This document shows positions 1 to 6,463 of a DNA stretch of 32,577 nt, piece after piece (within the stretch, counting starts at the first letter, position 1; each line of letters starts with the position of its first letter). A program made the position numbers and the translations under genes. Below the pieces are notes generated by a model, which ran no database searches, was not told where the DNA came from, and saw nothing but the letters and a program-made list of their open reading frames with translations. Source of the DNA: a virus; IMG/VR virus record IMGVR_UViG_3300045988_176838, positions 1 to 32,577 of that record; one strand, given 5' to 3'.

Positions 1-55
1 GGAAGTTTAGCTGATGTTTACGCTAAGTTGAACGAAAAAGTTGATTTAACCACAA
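1..55. repeat. Terminal redundancy of the window, identical to 32523..32577. It marks a circular or circularly permuted assembly.
   Basis: Exact 55-nt identity between the window start and end. It lies inside the tail-fibre coding frame, so it is not a biological terminal repeat carrying regulatory sequence. Confidence 0.9.
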
Positions 56-1509
56 CGCAGCTTATTAACGGGCAAAAAATTTTTGTAGAGCCATTAGATA
101 TGCAAAAAGGGAGTAAGAGAGTTACTCTTAATTATGGCAACATTAAATACAATGATTTAACTTTTGCATTCCCTAAAGTAACAGGCGGTTTAGTAGTAGA
201 AGACCAAGTATTCTTAAAACCTAGTACTTCTGTGGAATTTTTATTAGTCGGCTTTGAACCTACAGGAAGTGGCACTCAAGTATCGGTTAAGTTAGGTAGT
301 AATTTAAGCTATGATAACGTAACTAAAACATTAAATGCTGAAGGTGGCGGCTCTGACTTACCTGGTTATATACAATTTCCAACTGGAGATATAGAAAGGG
401 CTAGCTATACAAAAGGTGTATATGAATATTTAGCAGTTTTTGAAATGTTTGACACACTAGACGGAACTAAACTAAATGAAGGCGAAATGACCTTTATGTT
501 GCCTATAAAAGCTGGTAATTACTTAGCAGTAGATCTTGATAGTGATAATAAAACACTGAAAGTTGCTTTAGATGATACAAAAATTGATAAAACACCTACT
601 AAAGATAGTACAAATCTTATTACCAGCGGTGCGGTATATAACATTCCTAAACCAGTTATAATTTCTTTTGAATATGCGGACAGCACAATTCTTACTGATG
701 AGCAAATAGCACAAATAAAGAATAATGATATAGTTGTACTAAAAATTTCAGACACTGACGTTAACGAAACAAATATTTGCTATAAAATGTATAATTACAG
801 CACTTATTATGTGTTCATTGGTAAACAAACCGAAGATGAAGTCGGCACAATATGCTATGTAGTAGTAAACACAACTACTAAGACTGCTCAGTGGAATAGT
901 TATACCTTGCTTTCACAAGAAGATTTCAGCGACGATTTCTCTTATGCTAGTGGGCAAATGTATTTGAGCAACGCTATTAAGACTGCTATAAATAATTCTC
1001 TAAAGCTAGAAAGTAATATTCCTGAAGAATTTGAATTAGTAGGTATAAATCACAAGAATTATCAAGAAAACATTACTCTTGGTGATAATCTTAGTTATGA
1101 CGCAATTACTAAGAAACTTAACGCTTCTGGTGGTGGTGTTCCAATACTAGAAGAATTACCTACAGAAGTTACAGACAATACACCTAAAGTCTTTTATTGT
1201 AAAAATGAATTATATATAGTACAAGAAATCATTGTTAGTGGAAACAAACTAATGCTAGCTAATGCAGTTAGCAATAAAGTTAATAATTCGCTACAAGTGC
1301 CTGCAACGGCTCCTACAGCAACGGAATTAGTCGGCATAACAACTAATAAAGCCCAGGTCAATATCGAGCTAGAAGATAGCTTAGAATTAGTTAACGGGCA
1401 TTTAGGCGTAAAGAACAAGATAGTATCACTTACACAAAACGAGTATGACGCTCTTACTACAAAAGATAGCAATACTTTATATGTAATTGTAGAGGGGGGG
1501 GCGGAGTAG
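1..1509 (+). CDS. Tail fibre protein, C-terminal part. The frame is open from nt 1; the ORF track lists 28..1509 from an internal Met.
   Basis: The frame is continuous with 31608..32577 through the 55-nt terminal overlap. The region holds two copies of an internal repeat, LG(S/D)NLSYD(N/A)(V/I)TK(T/K)LNA(E/S)GGG, and ends VEGGAE* inside a G8 tract. Confidence 0.75.
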   Translation, partial: GSLADVYAKLNEKVDLTTTQLINGQKIFVEPLDMQKGSKRVTLNYGNIKYNDLTFAFPKVTGGLVVEDQVFLKPSTSVEFLLVGFEPTGSGTQVSVKLGSNLSYDNVTKTLNAEGGGSDLPGYIQFPTGDIERASYTKGVYEYLAVFEMFDTLDGTKLNEGEMTFMLPIKAGNYLAVDLDSDNKTLKVALDDTKIDKTPTKDSTNLITSGAVYNIPKPVIISFEYADSTILTDEQIAQIKNNDIVVLKISDTDVNETNICYKMYNYSTYYVFIGKQTEDEVGTICYVVVNTTTKTAQWNSYTLLSQEDFSDDFSYASGQMYLSNAIKTAINNSLKLESNIPEEFELVGINHKNYQENITLGDNLSYDAITKKLNASGGGVPILEELPTEVTDNTPKVFYCKNELYIVQEIIVSGNKLMLANAVSNKVNNSLQVPATAPTATELVGITTNKAQVNIELEDSLELVNGHLGVKNKIVSLTQNEYDALTTKDSNTLYVIVEGGAE

Positions 1510-1772
1510 TGCATACGCTTACTACAACAACCCCTTCCGATTATCTTTCATTCTATATCAATGATACGAGCGTATCGCTTCCACAAAATATAAAGAATGG
1601 AGATATTATAAAAATCAATTCCGCAACAAAAGGCGTAACAATTAATGGAACGCAATATCTTAATCGTGAAGAAACTTACAACATAAGTATTAGTAACCAA
1701 GATATTGTTGTGGAATTGATAGAAGGAGTACAAAAACATCAATGTGTTGTAATAATTAATTACACAGAATAG
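1509..1772 (+). CDS. Hypothetical 87-aa protein, possibly a fibre C-terminal extension or tip module.
   Basis: A GTG start overlaps the fibre TAG stop (taGTG) with no usable RBS spacing. It lies in the +1 frame relative to the fibre, immediately after the G8 tract at 1494..1501. Confidence 0.4.
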   Translation: MHTLTTTTPSDYLSFYINDTSVSLPQNIKNGDIIKINSATKGVTINGTQYLNREETYNISISNQDIVVELIEGVQKHQCVVIINYTE

Positions 1773-1780
1773 GAGGCAAT

Positions 1781-2215
1781 ATGCCAATACTTTTACCTGA
1801 AAAAAATCTCGACACTAACCTGCTATATATGGGCAATTCTCAGCCCTCTAGTGTGTATTATGGTGGTAATGAAATATATAAAATCTACTTTGGCAGTACT
1901 CTTGTATATGAGAAGTCAGCACCTGAAGGTGAAACTTGGGTGTTGAATGAAAGTCCAAATGCTCCATCAGCTAATATTGACGTTAATATTGATTTCAAAA
2001 GTAATAATGAAAATTTTAAATCTATTTATATTCCTAGACTTCCACAATTTGCTAGAGACGGTATAACATATTATAATATTGATGGTAATGCTATTATTGT
2101 TTATGGTAGTAATACTAGTTCGTGGGCAAATAATGCTTATCGTACGCTCACATTTGAAACAGCACCTACAGGTGCATTACTTACTTGGTTACAAGCTAAT
2201 GGTACAAAACAATAA
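1781..2215 (+). CDS. Hypothetical 144-aa protein, likely tail-associated.
   Basis: A strong RBS (AGGAGG) sits 7 nt upstream of the ATG. It is the last gene of the rightward block. Confidence 0.55.
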   Translation: MPILLPEKNLDTNLLYMGNSQPSSVYYGGNEIYKIYFGSTLVYEKSAPEGETWVLNESPNAPSANIDVNIDFKSNNENFKSIYIPRLPQFARDGITYYNIDGNAIIVYGSNTSSWANNAYRTLTFETAPTGALLTWLQANGTKQ

Positions 2216-2390
2216 AGAAGATACTTAAGTATGGCAATAGTAAAATGGAATTGAACAAATGCTTTTAACCCATAGACCGCTTATTATTCATACTAGCTTA
2301 GGCGGTTCTGATAATAATAAAAAATGTTGCTATTGACACAGTAAATATTCAATAATTAATAGTTTTATTCTCCCTTATTATTTTTTATTG

Positions 2391-2410
2391 TTAAAAAATG
2401 CATTTTTTAA
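2391..2410. promoter_or_regulatory. 20-bp perfect palindrome TTAAAAAATGCATTTTTTAA in the convergent intergenic region.
   Basis: Read directly from the sequence. Its function is unknown. Confidence 0.3.
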
Positions 2411-2464
2411 AAAAATCTATATTTTTCATTTATTTGCAAATTTTTAATTTTCAAAAATGTAGCA

Positions 2465-2549
2465 ATGTACATTAAAGTACATTTTTTAACTTTTATAATC
2501 TAAAAATTAAAAGAAAAGAATTTATAAATGTACATTTATGTACATTGGA
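2465..2549. repeat. Copy A of an 85-bp element carrying two pairs of the 8-bp palindrome ATGTACAT.
   Basis: The first pair is ATGTACAT-TAA-AGTACAT at 2465..2482. The second pair is ATGTACAT-TT-ATGTACAT-TGGA at 2528..2549. The near-identical copy lies at 15965..16049. Confidence 0.8.
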
Positions 2550-2553
2550 GCAC

Positions 2554-2584
2554 AAAAAAGAGGGTAATTTCTTACCCCCTTTTT
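2554..2584. terminator. Bidirectional rho-independent terminator at the convergence of the two transcription blocks.
   Basis: An A6 run, then the stem GAGGGTAA/TTACCCCC (7 of 8 bp) with loop TTTC, then a T5 run. It overlaps the stop of the leftward 139-aa gene. Confidence 0.6.
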
Positions 2585-2991
2585 GCTATGAATTTGCCTT
2601 TTTTCATAGCTTCTTCTGGGAAATCTTTCTCCCAGCCAACTATGTATTTGCTAGTGTCAACTTTGTCCATCTCTTCTTGTGTAATTGTACTTGTACGATC
2701 TAATAGTTCTTTAAATATCTTATCAGTATCGCCATTGAATTTCTCATACAAGCAACATAGTACTTTCTTTTCTACATCCATTCTTCTTTTTCTCCTTTCT
2801 TCACAATACATTATTATAATTCCATTGTCTAAGTTTCGCCACACAACATAGTTGCTCCCGCCTATTCTAACGAAAGATAGCGCTAGTTTCGTTTTTAAGT
2901 CGCTCTCTAGCGCTATTCTTTCCCTTTGTGTGTTATTTACTATGTGCAACCTAGAAACGCCTCTATTGGGCTTTATTTTGATTACACGCAT
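2572..2991 (-). CDS. Hypothetical 139-aa protein, the last gene of the leftward early block.
   Basis: ORF on the minus strand. It is basic (RRKRR) and I recognise no motif. Confidence 0.5.
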   Translation of the reverse strand: MRVIKIKPNRGVSRLHIVNNTQRERIALESDLKTKLALSFVRIGGSNYVVWRNLDNGIIIMYCEERRKRRMDVEKKVLCCLYEKFNGDTDKIFKELLDRTSTITQEEMDKVDTSKYIVGWEKDFPEEAMKKGKFIAKRG

Positions 2992-3082
2992 ACTCTATCT
3001 TTATTAAAGCATTAACAATGTCTTTCATAGTGAAAAGCATAATTTTTTGTGCTTCTAGGCTTTCTGAAGTTAGCCTTAAAAT

Positions 3083-3193
3083 TTATTCGATGTCAAAATT
3101 ATTATCGTTTCTTAATTCACCTAATTTAGCTATTGCTTTTATCGCTTCCCATAAATACTTGACAAATAAATCATTGTTGTTTAATTGTTCCAT
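3083..3193 (-). CDS. Possible 36-aa small protein (MEQLNNNDLFVKYLWEAIKAIAKLGELRNDNNFDIE).
   Basis: The ATG is embedded in GAGAGGTAAAAGAATGG and overlaps the stop of the upstream ligase-like gene. It is below the ORF-track size cut-off. Confidence 0.2.
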   Translation of the reverse strand: MEQLNNNDLFVKYLWEAIKAIAKLGELRNDNNFDIE

Positions 3194-3822
3194 TCTTTTA
3201 CCTCTCTCCATTTACATTTACATTTAATAATATCACCATTTTTATCATATAATTTTGCAGCCAATGGCGAAAGTACTAAGCCTTCCATTTCGTGTGTACC
3301 ACCATTTAAGTATGAATTAGGATGTTGCTTTACATAGGTTATAGCTTCTTCTAGTGTACCATGGAACACAACATCTACCATAGAAAGACCAAGTTTTAAA
3401 GCAACATCGCTTATATTCACTAGTGATAATTCATTACCATCAACAGTTACATCAAAGACAATGAATTTTGGTGCTTCTGAATACAGCTCACCATTTTTTT
3501 GTATTTTTGCTCCATAACCTTCACCAAAGATATATGCTTCTTTATCGCCAAAGGTTTGTTCAAATAGGCTTTCCATTTCTGGTGTTAAAAACAAATCGGA
3601 CAAGTACTTATATAAGTGTGGTGGAATTTTCGCTTTATCAGTTCTACCAGCTATAGAAATTCTATAGCCGTCCCAATACACACGAATGTTTGTTCCATCT
3701 ACTTTTTCTGTGCCGACCCATTGAATGTCTTTTAAAGTCAAAAATGGCTCAGCTATTCTTATTGGCTTTCTTGTTAAGTTATCAAATTCAAATATATTTG
3801 GTATTTTTCTATAAGTTTTCAT
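3181..3822 (-). CDS. ATP-dependent RNA-ligase-like nucleotidyltransferase (Rnl2-type adenylyltransferase domain only, 213 aa).
   Basis: Motif I TEKVDGTN (KxDG), motif III FIVFDVTVDG, motif IV EGLVLSP and motif V KCKCKW appear in the canonical order. There is no OB or C-terminal domain. Confidence 0.55.
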   Translation of the reverse strand: MKTYRKIPNIFEFDNLTRKPIRIAEPFLTLKDIQWVGTEKVDGTNIRVYWDGYRISIAGRTDKAKIPPHLYKYLSDLFLTPEMESLFEQTFGDKEAYIFGEGYGAKIQKNGELYSEAPKFIVFDVTVDGNELSLVNISDVALKLGLSMVDVVFHGTLEEAITYVKQHPNSYLNGGTHEMEGLVLSPLAAKLYDKNGDIIKCKCKWREVKEWNN

Positions 3823-3968
3823 ATTTCCTCACTATTTCTAACATTTTATTTATTTTAGGGTTATCAAGATCAGCGTTAGTTAGATCTAATTCTTTAATAC
3901 CCTTAATTAATATTGCTCTTTCTTTTTCTAGCCTTTTTGTGGCTTTAATAGCCTCCATAATTAATTCT

Positions 3969-4400
3969 TTATTCATCTAGTCCAAGCTCCTTTAAGGAAT
4001 ATCTATGAAGTTTTTTCATATTTTTATACATTGAACCTTCAACAAAAACTGGCAAGTTTATATTCTCATCCAGTCCATTATCATATGATTTAACACAAAT
4101 TTGTATATATACCTCATTAAGGGCACATAAATTTGTATATTTAATAATATAACGTACTCTATTTTTAAAAGGTTTAATTACATTGCTTAAATATTCTTTT
4201 TCTTCTTTGGTTAGTATAGGCTCTTTATAGAGTTCCCATGTTCCATAATTTAAGTCAGTAATATTTATATTTTTTACGAAACATGGATCACTAAAGCAAA
4301 TAGCTTCATTATCTTCATATAGATATATTGCATCTTTCCACTTTGTATTTCTGACTTTATTTCCTTTTTCTAATTCTTTCATTGCTTCAAAAAAATTCAT
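3969..4400 (-). CDS. Hypothetical protein with a DUF2829-like N-terminus.
   Basis: MNFFEAMKELEKGNKVRNTKW…TDLNYGTWELYK resembles the pattern of the phage DUF2829 family (FGEALEALKxGKKVxRKGW…DWEI). Confidence 0.45.
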   Translation of the reverse strand: MNFFEAMKELEKGNKVRNTKWKDAIYLYEDNEAICFSDPCFVKNINITDLNYGTWELYKEPILTKEEKEYLSNVIKPFKNRVRYIIKYTNLCALNEVYIQICVKSYDNGLDENINLPVFVEGSMYKNMKKLHRYSLKELGLDE

Positions 4401-4417
4401 ATTTATTTTTCCTCCTT

Positions 4418-4807
4418 TTATAAATCTAATTCTTGCAACGTATAATCTTTATCTTTAATTAAGCCTTTAAATTTAAAGCGTTTCTTTATTTTACATGGGT
4501 AATTATTTTTAAGTTTAATCCATATGCAGTCATTTGTAATTCTTATAGTTTTTACTATACCCTTAAAGAATTCTATTGTCGCTCTTAAATACAACCATTC
4601 TTCTTTTGTTAGAATGCTAATTTCGGTAAGACTATCTATTTGTTTTAAATGTCCAATAAAATTTGGAATGTCAAAGCAATTAATAGATAACTTTTCTGAA
4701 AAATCATATAAAGGACATCTATTACACCAATGTACATCACAATAGTAGTTTAGTGTTTTTTTTTTATCTAAATCTTTAATCTTCATATTTTTCGATCTCC
4801 CATTCAT
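4418..4807 (-). CDS. Hypothetical Cys-rich protein (CDVHWCNRCP), possibly a zinc ribbon.
   Basis: ORF. The cysteine cluster is the only feature. Confidence 0.4.
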   Translation of the reverse strand: MNGRSKNMKIKDLDKKKTLNYYCDVHWCNRCPLYDFSEKLSINCFDIPNFIGHLKQIDSLTEISILTKEEWLYLRATIEFFKGIVKTIRITNDCIWIKLKNNYPCKIKKRFKFKGLIKDKDYTLQELDL

Positions 4808-5003
4808 CTACTGCCCAAGTTTTTTGGTAATTGTACCAATCTTCTTCTCTTCCATCAATATTAAATTCTTCACGATAGAAATTTATACTTACGTTTTCTG
4901 GGTTAAATCTTATTTCTTCCCCTTTGTGGCAATAAACTCCATTATGTATAAGACAATCATATACATACAGCATTTCTTCTAGATCTATTTCATAAAATTT
5001 CAT
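4776..5003 (-). CDS. Hypothetical 75-aa acidic protein.
   Basis: ORF in the operon, overlapping its neighbours. Confidence 0.35.
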   Translation of the reverse strand: MKFYEIDLEEMLYVYDCLIHNGVYCHKGEEIRFNPENVSINFYREEFNIDGREEDWYNYQKTWAVDEWEIEKYED

Positions 5004-5004
5004 A

Positions 5005-5385
5005 TCAATAACTGTCCGTCCATACTATTTCATAATCTTTGTGTATTTTGTATTTCTTACTATAGCTTAGAAAAGCAGAAAGCTGAGTTAAGAGAATAAT
5101 ATTTCCTAAATAATCATATGCTGTCAAACGTATATCATCTTTTATGACCTTATCTATAAATTTTTTCTTATATAAATCAGTTAGTCTAATAATTACTCTA
5201 TTAAGTTCTTCAACGCTTTTAAATTCAATTTCGGGCTCACTGAAAATTGGGTCTGTATCTGTTACTTCATAAAGCATATTATGAATTTCCCAGTCATTCC
5301 GATACATTATTTCTTCAATAATTGGACATTCTTCAAGTATTTTTTCATTGTTAGTTTTTAATTTAATCGTGTTACTTAAGCCCAT
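5005..5385 (-). CDS. Hypothetical 126-aa protein.
   Basis: ORF. Confidence 0.4.
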   Translation of the reverse strand: MGLSNTIKLKTNNEKILEECPIIEEIMYRNDWEIHNMLYEVTDTDPIFSEPEIEFKSVEELNRVIIRLTDLYKKKFIDKVIKDDIRLTAYDYLGNIILLTQLSAFLSYSKKYKIHKDYEIVWTDSY

Positions 5386-5827
5386 TTAGCACCTTCTTTC
5401 TTATTTCTATTGTCTTTTCTCTATTTAATATTTTTTCTAACCATTTGGGCTGTATAGAAATTAACACATATTCATTATCATACCAATCATATGCGTACAT
5501 CATATTTTGTGGTGCACGATCTATAATGTCTTCTTCGTTTCTTTCCTTTCTTTTATAGAAGCAAGACAAATCGAGCATTGTATAATATTCACTTAAATTG
5601 CTAATGCGTAATGCGTAGCCTATTTTATCGCCTAAATATTTATTGTATTGCTCTACCGTTAAACAGCTTTCTTCTAGCTTCCAGTCTTCTGTCAGTTCTA
5701 TATCGCAAAGTGCAATTATAGAGCCGTTTGCTGCGTTATACGGATCATTATCAACGTACCATTCGTTACAGCTCTTTAATTTATGCAAGTAAGGCTTACC
5801 CTTTGTACAATATAATAATGCTTTCAT
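5372..5827 (-). CDS. Hypothetical protein with an ASCH-like GxKxxExR-type motif near its C-terminus (ILNREKTIEIRKK).
   Basis: The motif resembles the start of an ASCH/PUA-like domain, but the ORF ends 10 aa later. The domain may be split or permuted. Confidence 0.4.
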   Translation of the reverse strand: MKALLYCTKGKPYLHKLKSCNEWYVDNDPYNAANGSIIALCDIELTEDWKLEESCLTVEQYNKYLGDKIGYALRISNLSEYYTMLDLSCFYKRKERNEEDIIDRAPQNMMYAYDWYDNEYVLISIQPKWLEKILNREKTIEIRKKVLNGLK

Positions 5828-6018
5828 TCGTATTCTATCTCCATATTAAATAATTCTTTAAATCTTGTTTTATAGAAGTTCTTTAGTGTTCTGTAAGATT
5901 TGCCAGTTGCTAGATTTTTGATTTCTATATCGTCTCTTTCCCACATTTTATTAGGAATAAAGCTCGCTAATACTACTATAAAGTCGATAATATCTTCACC
6001 CTTTTCAATTCGCTCCAT
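5824..6018 (-). CDS. Hypothetical 64-aa protein.
   Basis: ORF with an ATGA start/stop overlap to the next gene. Confidence 0.35.
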   Translation of the reverse strand: MERIEKGEDIIDFIVVLASFIPNKMWERDDIEIKNLATGKSYRTLKNFYKTRFKELFNMEIEYE

Positions 6019-6227
6019 TCTATTAATGTCATCCTTTCTCCTTCATCAATATACATGTCCCAATGAGTAGTAGCTTTTGCTTTGCAAAGCCTTGTAGAAT
6101 AAACTTTTGTTTCTGAAGGTGTAACTATTCCTTCTAAGGTTTTGTCTCTAATACCCCATTTAGTGTGTTGCTTGTAAGTAATTTTTATCTTCTTACCACT
6201 TAATCTTTGTACTTGTGTTTCTGTCAT
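5976..6227 (-). CDS. Hypothetical 83-aa protein.
   Basis: ORF. Confidence 0.35.
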   Translation of the reverse strand: MTETQVQRLSGKKIKITYKQHTKWGIRDKTLEGIVTPSETKVYSTRLCKAKATTHWDMYIDEGERMTLIEWSELKRVKILSTL

Positions 6228-6463
6228 TTTTCCCCTTTCTTATACAGTCTTGTTACGTCTATATTTTCTTTACCTAGCAAATCGCGAATTTCGTACATTG
6301 TTAAATCGTAAATGCTATCTTTTGTTATGCTAATAACGTTTTCTAAGTCGATATAATCTTTACCAATTACATGGATCATATCTATATTTTCACATAAGAT
6401 TATTGGGTCAGTAGTTGTAATTTCTTTTTCTTTCCCCTTTTCTAAATATTTTATTCTAGTCAT
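6224..6463 (-). CDS. Hypothetical 79-aa protein.
   Basis: ORF. Confidence 0.35.
   Translation of the reverse strand: MTRIKYLEKGKEKEITTTDPIILCENIDMIHVIGKDYIDLENVISITKDSIYDLTMYEIRDLLGKENIDVTRLYKKGEK

Noticed and set aside
519-755. Antisense ORFs inside the fibre gene (519..755 and 1194..1514, both on the minus strand)
   Set aside because: They lie opposite a long, well-supported coding frame, have hydrophobic low-complexity translations and lack an RBS.
2528-2851. Plus-strand ORF across the convergent terminator
   Set aside because: It starts inside the palindrome repeat, runs through the terminator and lies antisense to the 139-aa gene.
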